Positions 46,482 through 55,213 of a stretch of DNA of 64,000 nucleotides are shown here, one piece after another. The notes below the pieces were generated by a model that was not told the DNA's origin, did no database searches, and saw nothing but the letters and a program-made list of their open reading frames with translations. How positions within the stretch are numbered: position 1 is the first letter of the stretch; every line of letters begins with the position of its first letter. Source of the DNA: Alphaproteobacteria bacterium. GTDB taxonomy: Bacteria; Pseudomonadota; Alphaproteobacteria; RF32; CAG-239. The position numbers were made by a program, and so were the translations under genes. The stretch lies in assembly GCA_017475705.1 (NCBI GenBank), contig JAFVFB010000005.1:1405-65404 (forward strand). The letters are read 5' to 3'.

Positions 46482-47447
46482 TTAGGTGAGCTTTTTTATT
46501 TTCAAAAGAGGAATGAATCCACATAAATAATGTCTAGTGACATTGTTTTTCCTTTTAATTTTATATAGTGGTAACAAGTTAAATAAATAAATCGTTTTAT
46601 TTTTACTGTTTTGTCCTTGTGCAAAACGTTTTGCCACTATTTCACGAAACATGGTTTTCTGTAAAACGCGCATAAAATCCATCGTGCATCTTCCATAAGA
46701 TTTCCATGGTTTCTGACCTGTATAGTGGATTATCACCGGTTCAACGGATTTTATTTCAGGGTGTTTTGTTTGGAGAAATTCTAAGTGGTCTGGCATGAAG
46801 TTATATTTGTAATCCAAAATCTTAAAATTATTTTCAAAAATTATGTTAAATATGTCTTGGTCTGGGCAATTCAATTTATCATACAACTCTATTGTTTTCT
46901 CTACCGCCTGTTGTGAAATATTGCTGTCTCTGAATTTTTCCAAATCCATCACCATTACGCCTGTATTAAAATATTTATCTTCCCCCTGATATGCCGGATA
47001 AATTTTTTCTTTTAGGGTCTGGTAATTCCCTGCGTAAAAATCCTCTAGAACGGCAGCTAATGGATATCCTTCCAAATCTTGCTGATATAGGTCTGCAATA
47101 TCGCCTTTTACGATAATATCAACATCCAAATAAATAACTTTTTGTATATCCTTGGCTAATTCAGGAATAAAATAGCGGGAAAATGCATTTAGAGAATAAT
47201 GTTTTATATTCGGAAACCGTTCTAAACCATACTTTTGCATATCGAAATATTTTATATTTTTATGTGGAAAAACAGATAAAGATGCTTCTATTAACTGTTT
47301 AGAGGTATTGGTTATACCGCCATCCAATACATAAAAATCAATATTGTGATTTGTATTTTCCAAAATAGAGTATATGGTTGTTGCAACAAAAGGTGCATAA
47401 TTATCATCACTAGCTAAAAAAATGGGAATAGATTGTGCTGTCTTCAT
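46482..47447 (-). CDS. Family 8 glycosyltransferase (RfaJ/LgtC-like) with two C-terminal 'IPLLKIK' modules
   Basis: IPIFLASDDNYA, YLDVDIIV (DxD), FNTGVMV and HYTG.KPW motifs. Tail: KTIYLFNLLPLYKIKRKNNVTRHYLCGFIPLLKIKKLT. Confidence 0.88.
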   Translation of the reverse strand: MKTAQSIPIFLASDDNYAPFVATTIYSILENTNHNIDFYVLDGGITNTSKQLIEASLSVFPHKNIKYFDMQKYGLERFPNIKHYSLNAFSRYFIPELAKDIQKVIYLDVDIIVKGDIADLYQQDLEGYPLAAVLEDFYAGNYQTLKEKIYPAYQGEDKYFNTGVMVMDLEKFRDSNISQQAVEKTIELYDKLNCPDQDIFNIIFENNFKILDYKYNFMPDHLEFLQTKHPEIKSVEPVIIHYTGQKPWKSYGRCTMDFMRVLQKTMFREIVAKRFAQGQNSKNKTIYLFNLLPLYKIKRKNNVTRHYLCGFIPLLKIKKLT

Positions 47448-47481
47448 GTTGTAACGTCTCCTTTAATTTTGCGCTACTTGG

Positions 47482-48366
47482 CTATCCTTCTTTAATCCTT
47501 AGCAAAGGAATGAAACTGCATAAGTAGTGTGTTTTTTGGTGATTTTTATTGGTTATTCTGTATATCGGTATGAACTCAAATAAATTAATTTTTTGCTGAT
47601 GTCCATCTTTTTTGGTTTTGATTTTAAGGATTGGAAGCAAATTAAATAATTTTATTTGTGTTATATTATAAATACGGTGATCCTGTTTGGCCTCTTTTAA
47701 TTCTGTAGCGGTAAAATATTTTTTCAAGATTTCGCTACGTTCCTGGGCATGTTCTTTAGTCATCTGAGAGCTAATACCATCGTGATAGAAGTAAGCGACG
47801 GTTTCATTCCAATGTTCAAAAGTGCAATTATTTTCAGCAAAAACAATCCATTTTTCCCAATCACTCGCTATTTTCAACTGGTCATTGTACAAGCCATATT
47901 GGGCAAATAAGTTTCTTTTAATAAATGAAGCCTGATGGTTTATACACCTGTTAACAAAATATATCTTGTCAACCTTATTAGGATACTCAACGTCTCTTAT
48001 TCTATTATCTTTTTCGACCACCTTACTATTAGCGTAGATAATATCTCCATAAAAATCTTTTTCTATAAATTTTTCAATGACATCATTTTGGGCAAATTCA
48101 TCACCGCCATTCATAAAGTTTAGATATTCTCCGTGTGATAATTTTATACCTTTGTTCATCGCATCAAATATGCCTTTATCCGGCTCGGATATAAAGATGC
48201 TCATTCTATCTTTGTATTTGTTAAGAATAGATATTGTTTGCGCGTTTGAGCCACCATCAATCACTACCCACTCAAAATCTTTAGTCGTTTGAGTAATTAT
48301 ACTCTGACAAGTGCGTTCTATATTTTTTTCATTATAGCATACCGTAATTACAGATAACTTCATCAT
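47482..48366 (-). CDS. Family 2 glycosyltransferase with three C-terminal 'IPLLKIK' modules
   Basis: LSVITVCYNE, VVIDGGS and NGGDEF motifs. Tail: KLFNLLPILKIK...INLFEFIPIYRIT...HYLCSFIPLLRIKEG. Start ATG is 48366 or 48363. Confidence 0.85.
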   Translation of the reverse strand: MMKLSVITVCYNEKNIERTCQSIITQTTKDFEWVVIDGGSNAQTISILNKYKDRMSIFISEPDKGIFDAMNKGIKLSHGEYLNFMNGGDEFAQNDVIEKFIEKDFYGDIIYANSKVVEKDNRIRDVEYPNKVDKIYFVNRCINHQASFIKRNLFAQYGLYNDQLKIASDWEKWIVFAENNCTFEHWNETVAYFYHDGISSQMTKEHAQERSEILKKYFTATELKEAKQDHRIYNITQIKLFNLLPILKIKTKKDGHQQKINLFEFIPIYRITNKNHQKTHYLCSFIPLLRIKEG

Positions 48367-48390
48367 TGTCTCCAACTATTATGGTTATTT

Positions 48391-48750
48391 TTAAGTTCTG
48401 TTTTTAGGTCTAAATTTTTTGATATAACGGTTAAAGCGACGCTGTTGCTCTTCACCCCATCCCATAACATAATTTTCTCCCATTACAATGAGAGGTGTTC
48501 CTAACGTCTGCTCTGGTATTTTGTATTTTCGCGCAAAATGCAACAAATACCCCATATTTTTCCCTTCTCTAATATTTAACTCTCTAATATCGTAATTTCT
48601 ATAGTAGCGGCGCATGTAGTCTCTTGCGTGGACACAATGTCCGCATCCAGGCTGGGAAAATACATAAATTCGATTATTTGCCTGTTTTTCCTGGCAGCCA
48701 CCTATCAGAATGAATATGGCTAACATTAATGAAGTCAATACTTTTTTCAT
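48391..48750 (-). CDS. Thioredoxin-fold lipoprotein with a CGHC active site
   Basis: Lipobox IGG-C. The CGHC motif lies in the context SQPGCGHCVHA. Confidence 0.7.
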   Translation of the reverse strand: MKKVLTSLMLAIFILIGGCQEKQANNRIYVFSQPGCGHCVHARDYMRRYYRNYDIRELNIREGKNMGYLLHFARKYKIPEQTLGTPLIVMGENYVMGWGEEQQRRFNRYIKKFRPKNRT

Positions 48751-48912
48751 CTTGTTTCCTTGGATTTGTCTTCTGCTATTCGTTTCTATACATATAATCT
48801 CTCAAAATTTAAACAGCTATTTTTTTTTATACACTTAATATTCTTGACAGCAGATATTTTTTGATGTTTACTTTGCTCTAATTGTATTAACATTATTTAG
48901 AGGCATCTGGTT

Positions 48913-50430
48913 ATGAGTCTGAAAAACACAAGAGAAAGCAATTATCCTGAATGGTACCAAAATGTGATTACTGCCGCTGATATGGCTGAAGTATCTTCCT
49001 CTCCAGGGTGTATGGTTATCAAACCATGGGGATATGGTATTTGGGAAAGGATTCAACGTTTACTTGATGATAAAATTAAAGAAACAAGTCATGAAAATTG
49101 CTATTTTCCTATGTTTATACCGCTTAGTTTCTTTCAGAAAGAGGCCGAACATGTTGAAGGGTTTGCGAAGGAAATGGCAATTGTTACTCATTCTCGGCTA
49201 AGCTTGGTCGATGGGAAATTGACCCCTGCTAGCCCTTTAGATGAGCCATTGGTCGTCCGGCCTACTTCTGAGACGATTATTGCTGATTCTTTTGCTAAGT
49301 GGGTTCATTCCTATCGTGATTTACCAATTATGATTAATCAGTGGGCTAACGTTGTCCGTTGGGAGATGCGACCTCGCCTGTTCCTTCGTACACGTGAATT
49401 TCTGTGGCAAGAAGGGCATACGGCACACAGCTCTTTTGAAGAAGCTGAACACGAAGCAGAAACAATGCTTAAGGTTTATGAAGATTTATGTGTTAATGAC
49501 ATGGCTATGCCTGTTATTAAAGGGAAAAAACCTGATTTTGATAAATTCCCAGGAGCGGTCACAACTTATTGTATTGAGGCGATGATGCAAGATGGGCGTG
49601 CTTTACAAGCAGGAACGTCTCATTTTCTGGGGCAGAATTTTGCTAAATCTGCAAATATTAAGTTTATCAACACTCATAATGAGCAAGAGTATGCTTATAC
49701 TTCATCTTGGGGAGTATCGACACGTCTAATTGGTGGACTGATTATGACACATGCTGATGATGAAGGTATGTGTGTTCCGCCTAAGCTGGCTCCTTACCAG
49801 GTTATTATCATTCCTATACTGAAGGATAAGAGCAAAACTGATGAGATTTTTTCTTATGCTGAAAAATTAAGAAATACTCTTAAATCTCTGTCTTTTGCAG
49901 GTGAAAAATTGCGCGTTAAATTTGATAATCGTCCGAAGGAAGCTATCGATAAAATGTGGGAATGGACACGTAAAGGTGCTCCTATTATTGTCGAGATAGG
50001 TGCTAAAGATTTAGAAAAGAATATGGTTATGTTCCGCAATCGGATTCATATTAATGATAATGGTTGGAAAAATTTTGAATCTTATACTGATTTTTGCAAT
50101 TCCATATGTGACAAATTGCAAAATATCCAAACTACAATGTTGCACCGTGCTCAGCACCTAATGGAAAATAATATCATCACCGAAATTCGCTCAAAAGATG
50201 ATTTTGAAGCCTACTTTACAAATGCCAATACTTATCTTAACCAAAATCACAAGCCTAAGGTTGCCTTTATCCGTGGAAAATGGTGTGAAGATGAGGATAC
50301 GATTGAGAAACTTAAAGAGATGCGAATCAATATTCGTTGCATTCCCTTCGATCAAACCGGTACTGAAGGTGAATGCCTTCTCTCTGGACGCAAGGCAACA
50401 CTTGACGTCATTTATGCACGCTCATATTAA
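48913..50430 (+). CDS. proS: Prolyl-tRNA synthetase, archaeal/eukaryote-like architecture (no INS editing domain; C-terminal extension)
   Basis: 505 aa. NYPEWYQNVI...GCMVIKPWGYGIWE, RPTSET, FLRTREFLWQEGHTAH, and a C-terminal ...DVIYARSY end. Confidence 0.88.
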   Translation: MSLKNTRESNYPEWYQNVITAADMAEVSSSPGCMVIKPWGYGIWERIQRLLDDKIKETSHENCYFPMFIPLSFFQKEAEHVEGFAKEMAIVTHSRLSLVDGKLTPASPLDEPLVVRPTSETIIADSFAKWVHSYRDLPIMINQWANVVRWEMRPRLFLRTREFLWQEGHTAHSSFEEAEHEAETMLKVYEDLCVNDMAMPVIKGKKPDFDKFPGAVTTYCIEAMMQDGRALQAGTSHFLGQNFAKSANIKFINTHNEQEYAYTSSWGVSTRLIGGLIMTHADDEGMCVPPKLAPYQVIIIPILKDKSKTDEIFSYAEKLRNTLKSLSFAGEKLRVKFDNRPKEAIDKMWEWTRKGAPIIVEIGAKDLEKNMVMFRNRIHINDNGWKNFESYTDFCNSICDKLQNIQTTMLHRAQHLMENNIITEIRSKDDFEAYFTNANTYLNQNHKPKVAFIRGKWCEDEDTIEKLKEMRINIRCIPFDQTGTEGECLLSGRKATLDVIYARSY

Positions 50431-50527
50431 TCCCTACTGTTTATAAGAGCGATGCTTAACCGCTCTTATAATTCTTCCCTTGACTTTGTGACCTAAATAA
50501 AGTATTCTATTGTTGTGCGGAGGGATT

Positions 50528-52222
50528 ATGGTAAACAATAAATTTCATAAGCTAAAATACAAGTTATTAGCCACGGTTGGTACTTTGGCTTTAACTTTTG
50601 GTGTGTTGTCGCATGATCAGTATGTTTTGGATAAACAACCGCAGCAAGATTCTCTTCCTTCCATTTGCACCCCAATTAAAACCGTTATATTTCAAAATGA
50701 TACCTTATACCGTGGCACATCTGTTTTGCTTTATTATACTAATGGTAAGATTGTCCGTAATTATATAGAAAATTCCAATAGCTTCAGATTACAGCTTACC
50801 TATATTGCCCATGAAGATTGGCACGGCCATAATGCTAAAAGTTTATATCGTAGTAAATATTTTTATTCGCCTCTAGAATATCGAAAACTTTGCATGCATG
50901 ATGAAATTACCGCTAATGCTGTTGCTATCTCACTTATTGATTTAGAATTACAAACTGCTGACAATAAAGATGCAGTCATTAAAAAGTACGAAAATACACC
51001 CTATGTAAAATTTTATCTTGACGCAATTAAAAAAGGTGAGATTGATCCTTATGATACTTCTGTTGCAGCTCGGCAAAAAAAGCATCGTTTTATTGCTGAT
51101 GGGACTTTAGCTATGTGGGAAAATTTATTTATGGTTACCTACAATGCTACCCAAAATAAAATGTTACAGAATTATTTAAATTTAGTGGGATTTTCTAAAT
51201 CTCATCCGAATAATTATAATTATATTCTCTCGCATATGTATACTTTTGGTGGTATTGACCACTCCAAGCTTTTGTCTCGTGACATTCAGTACAGTGATCC
51301 TTTAGTGCTGGTTGCAGACCAAATCTCTAATGTCAATTCTCTAACACGAGATAAAGAATTTAGCCATATTTTGGTTGATGATTATTTTAAGCATTTCCCT
51401 CTGCTTAATAGTCTTTCCCTGGATGCTCAGGACATTGCCTTTCAACATCTATTCATCGCTGCAAAATTAAAATATGAACTTTCAAAGCTTAAAGCTCCTA
51501 GTGCTAAAAAAAATCCACTATTAGTTACAACCATATATAATAGAGTCTTATATGAACTTTCTCATGATGCAACATTTACCTCTTTTGTTAACCATTGCTC
51601 ACGTCTCGGTAAGCCTTTTAAATTAGAAGAGAATACACCAAACCTTTCTCGTACTACTTATTTTATGCCGAATATTCTATCATCTGAAGATATGCAAGTT
51701 CTGTGTAAATTTTATAATTACGAACAGGGAAATCTAGCAAAACTTATCAATCATTTTGATATCCATAACGTTCCTGTTCAATCTAGTTATATGCCCCTAT
51801 TTTCCCATGAATATCAAAATATTCCTGCAGTAGAAGCAGATACAATTCCAACTCCTTTGATACTAGATCATCATGCGGCGATAAATGTTATAAATCGCAC
51901 TGATGCTGCGGCCCCTGCTCTGCAACCACTTAAACCTAGACGGCTTTCTGGAGATAATTATATTCTCATTCCTAATTTTGAGGATAATATCTTAGTCGAT
52001 CAAGCCATGACTGCTAAAAATTTCGCCGCCATTAAGAAACTTTTTGAGGATTTTGAGGCAATTCCTACTGTATGGCGTGGCACAAATCTGGCACTACAGC
52101 AACAAGATATTGAAGCAAATGGAGACCCACATTATTTCCGTTCTTTACAAAATCCATTTAAACCGAATTATCAGACAAAAAAAATATCTCCAGATTTGCG
52201 TAAAAAAACTCAACAGCGATAA
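50528..52222 (+). CDS. Hypothetical exported/anchored protein containing an HExxH motif
   Basis: GGAGGG SD before ATG 50528. N-terminal hydrophobic segment. HEDWH at 50810-50824. No family recognised. Confidence 0.6.
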   Translation: MVNNKFHKLKYKLLATVGTLALTFGVLSHDQYVLDKQPQQDSLPSICTPIKTVIFQNDTLYRGTSVLLYYTNGKIVRNYIENSNSFRLQLTYIAHEDWHGHNAKSLYRSKYFYSPLEYRKLCMHDEITANAVAISLIDLELQTADNKDAVIKKYENTPYVKFYLDAIKKGEIDPYDTSVAARQKKHRFIADGTLAMWENLFMVTYNATQNKMLQNYLNLVGFSKSHPNNYNYILSHMYTFGGIDHSKLLSRDIQYSDPLVLVADQISNVNSLTRDKEFSHILVDDYFKHFPLLNSLSLDAQDIAFQHLFIAAKLKYELSKLKAPSAKKNPLLVTTIYNRVLYELSHDATFTSFVNHCSRLGKPFKLEENTPNLSRTTYFMPNILSSEDMQVLCKFYNYEQGNLAKLINHFDIHNVPVQSSYMPLFSHEYQNIPAVEADTIPTPLILDHHAAINVINRTDAAAPALQPLKPRRLSGDNYILIPNFEDNILVDQAMTAKNFAAIKKLFEDFEAIPTVWRGTNLALQQQDIEANGDPHYFRSLQNPFKPNYQTKKISPDLRKKTQQR

Positions 52223-52225
52223 ATA

Positions 52226-52255
52226 GAAAAGGACCCATTTAAATGAGTCCTTTTC
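52226..52255. terminator. Bidirectional terminator
   Basis: GAAAAGGAC-N12-GTCCTTTTC. Lies between convergent genes. Confidence 0.65.
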
Positions 52256-52834
52256 TTAAGAGAATCCTTTAATCGGATAAGGGCTAAATTTGACATATGT
52301 CGCCAAATCATGTAGGCCACTCGCATGATATGTTGCTTCTTTAGCGACGCTTTCTAGCTGATATCCTGCTCGTTGTGCAACATGAGCTGATGCTTGATTA
52401 TTCACATCACAACAGATGGTCAAACGATGCATTCCGGCCGCAAATAATTTCTGTTCTAAGGCAATAATGGCTTCTGTCATATAGCCTTTTCCTGTTGCAG
52501 AATTTCTTAGCCAGTAACCAAATTCCGCTGATTGATTGCGAAAAATGATGTTATGCGGGCCAACACACCCTAAAATTAAATTATTTTCTTTATGATAGAT
52601 GTTATAAGCCCATTCTGTGTCGCTTTGCCACATACTTTCAAACATTTCTGTCGCTTTCACAACATCTTCATAACTTTTTTGCTTATCAACCCAAAAAAGC
52701 CACTCTCTTATTGTATTTCGGCTCTCTTCGATAGCCTCCCACATTTGTTTATCATGTTCATGGCTACGTTTCAAAAGAATCGTACGCTCTGTTTCAATCT
52801 GTTCTGGTAGTTTAAATTTTTCCATTTTTTTCAT
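52256..52834 (-). CDS. GNAT N-acetyltransferase (RimJ/RimL-like)
   Basis: 192 aa. GYWL....GKGYMTEA acetyl-CoA-binding region. Confidence 0.8.
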   Translation of the reverse strand: MKKMEKFKLPEQIETERTILLKRSHEHDKQMWEAIEESRNTIREWLFWVDKQKSYEDVVKATEMFESMWQSDTEWAYNIYHKENNLILGCVGPHNIIFRNQSAEFGYWLRNSATGKGYMTEAIIALEQKLFAAGMHRLTICCDVNNQASAHVAQRAGYQLESVAKEATYHASGLHDLATYVKFSPYPIKGFS

Positions 52835-52890
52835 AGGTTTAAATTGGTTTACTTGAGTATTCTCCTCTTAAGAAAAGAGGAGAATACTCT

Positions 52891-54309
52891 TCAGAAGAAT
52901 TTCACGCTTCCATTTTTAGCATCTTTTATGCGAGAAAATAAAATTTTTTTCTGCACTTCCGGTAGCTTTGATGTTTCCGCGTTAAATAGCATCGAGCCGA
53001 TATACCTTGTTTTGCTAGAGGCATAGTTTTGCAAATATTCCTCTAATGTTAACAATGCATTAGGTGCACAGAAATTATGAATTTGCTGCTCTTTGCAGAT
53101 TTTCATAAAATCAATTCCTTGGCGTCCTTTGCCATAGCATGCTGTACAAAAACTTGGTATATATCCCAATTGCATTAACCAACCAACAATTTCATCAAGA
53201 CTTCGATTATCGGCTGTTTCGAATTGGGCACTTTCTTCAGTTTGTTCATCATTTGCAGTATAACCGCCAACCGATGTTTTAGAACCGCCACTAATTTGTG
53301 ACACCCCTAGTTTCAAACTTTTTTTACGAATTGTTTCCGTTTCACGGGTGGACATTATTATCCCCGTATATGGCACAGCAATCCGCAACAAAGCGACAAT
53401 TTTTAGAAAGAGATCATCAGGCAGCGCATCTGGAAAATTCTGTACATTAATACCATCAGCCGGTCTTAGTCGTGGTACACTGATCGTATGCGGTCCCGCA
53501 CCGAATTTCGTTTCCAGATGCTTTGCGTGTAATAACAGTGCGACAAGCTCGTAAGCATAATTATGTAATCCAAACAAGACGCCTAATCCAACATCTTCTA
53601 TTCCAGCGCTCATTGCTCTATCCATTGCTTCCGTATGGTATGCATAGTTTGCTTTTGGTCCATGTGGATGTAACTTCTCGTATTGTTTTTGGTTGTATGT
53701 TTCTTGAAACAGTATATACGTGCCAATTTTAGCGGCCTGCAGCAGTTTATAGTTTTCTACTGTTGTGGCTGCTATATTCACATTAACGCGGCGTATTGAG
53801 CCAGATTGATGATGAATACTATAAATTGTTTCAATACTTTCAAGAATATACGAAAGAGGATTATATAAGGGATGTTCTCCCGCTTCCAAAGCTAGACGTT
53901 TATGTCCCATATCTTGCAAAGCTATCACCTCTGCCTTAATCTGCTCTTGAGACATTTTAAGACGAGGAATATTATGATTTGATGCATGATAAGGACAATA
54001 AGTACAGCCATTCACACAGTAATTGCTCAAATACAAAGGCGCAAAAAGCACAACACGATTGCCGTAATAGGCATTTTTAATTTTCGTGGCCAGGGTGAAA
54101 ATCTGATCTGTCAGCTGTTCATCTTGATTAAGTAGCAGCACAGCAGTTTCTTCTGCTGACAAGCCTTGCATTTGTTCTGCCTTTTTTAGGATTTCAAGTG
54201 CAAGATTTTTCTCTAGGCAATGCTCCTTTGCATAAGATAAAATACGAATAATCTCTTGTTGGTTGATAAAACCTGCGGCTTTATCCGATTTAATATCAAA
54301 ATGTTCCAT
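52891..54309 (-). CDS. hydG: HydG-type radical SAM tyrosine lyase ([FeFe]-hydrogenase maturase family)
   Basis: 472 aa. N-terminal CVNGCTYC (CX3CX2C). C-terminal CTAC followed by 22 residues and then C (CX2CX22C, counted by hand), which distinguishes HydG from ThiH. Confidence 0.75.
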   Translation of the reverse strand: MEHFDIKSDKAAGFINQQEIIRILSYAKEHCLEKNLALEILKKAEQMQGLSAEETAVLLLNQDEQLTDQIFTLATKIKNAYYGNRVVLFAPLYLSNYCVNGCTYCPYHASNHNIPRLKMSQEQIKAEVIALQDMGHKRLALEAGEHPLYNPLSYILESIETIYSIHHQSGSIRRVNVNIAATTVENYKLLQAAKIGTYILFQETYNQKQYEKLHPHGPKANYAYHTEAMDRAMSAGIEDVGLGVLFGLHNYAYELVALLLHAKHLETKFGAGPHTISVPRLRPADGINVQNFPDALPDDLFLKIVALLRIAVPYTGIIMSTRETETIRKKSLKLGVSQISGGSKTSVGGYTANDEQTEESAQFETADNRSLDEIVGWLMQLGYIPSFCTACYGKGRQGIDFMKICKEQQIHNFCAPNALLTLEEYLQNYASSKTRYIGSMLFNAETSKLPEVQKKILFSRIKDAKNGSVKFF

Positions 54310-54381
54310 ACATAAATATATTTTAATGATTAATTTTCGGGGCTGATTATAGCTTTATTTCCCTGTTTGTCAAGTCTTTGT

Positions 54382-55053
54382 TTATCTTTCTTTTGTTATC
54401 CTTATTATTTCTTTAATCATTTTTTCAGCGCCAAGTGCCACTTCTGTAATTGATTTTGCTAGCATATATGCGGGAGTGGTTACGATATAATTTTCCTCAT
54501 CAATACATACTTCATCAGCTTTTCTATTCTCGTGTTCTGCGCCCGTAGCCTCTATGGCCGCAGCAACGGCCTTATCTTTGCCAATTGTGACTTTTATACC
54601 ATATTTACCTAAAACTTTAGCAATTAGAACTGGCGCAATACACATTGCTCCTATTACCAAATTTTGATGATAGGCTTCTTCTAATATATGATGTACAGAG
54701 GTTTCTACGGTACATTTAATGCCTTTTTGCGCAAAATCACACCAATTAGTAATAGCACCTAGTCCACCAGGAAAGATAATACAATCAAACTCTGAGGTCT
54801 TAAATTCTGCCAAAGGTTTAATTTTTCCACGTGCAATTCGTGCTGATTCAACAAGGACATTCCGCCTTTCTTCCATTTTTTCAGATGTTAAATTGTTTAT
54901 TACTGCGGCTTGTTCTATGTCTGGAGCAAAACATTGATAAGTGCACCCTGCTCTGTCTATTGCTAATAGTGCTGTAACCGCTTCATGAATTTCTGAGCCA
55001 TCCGCGCGACCGCATCCAGATAGTATCACTGCAAAACGAGGCATATTTTTCAT
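54382..55053 (-). CDS. elbB: ElbB-type DJ-1/PfpI family protein
   Basis: FAVILSGCGRADGSEIHEAV N-terminus is typical of ElbB. The conserved Cys sits in the context GAMCIAP. Start taken at ATG 55053, after GGAGAG. Confidence 0.8.
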   Translation of the reverse strand: MKNMPRFAVILSGCGRADGSEIHEAVTALLAIDRAGCTYQCFAPDIEQAAVINNLTSEKMEERRNVLVESARIARGKIKPLAEFKTSEFDCIIFPGGLGAITNWCDFAQKGIKCTVETSVHHILEEAYHQNLVIGAMCIAPVLIAKVLGKYGIKVTIGKDKAVAAAIEATGAEHENRKADEVCIDEENYIVTTPAYMLAKSITEVALGAEKMIKEIIRITKER

Positions 55054-55213
55054 TACTCTCTCCTTTTTCAAAATTATTTTGTTTATATTATATATACTAT
55101 ATTAAATTTTTTTTAAATGGATATATTTCTATACATAGCACATAAATATTGTTGATTTATTATTTATTATATTTTAAGAATTTGGGTTAATATTAACTGG
55201 TGAGATTTTTATT

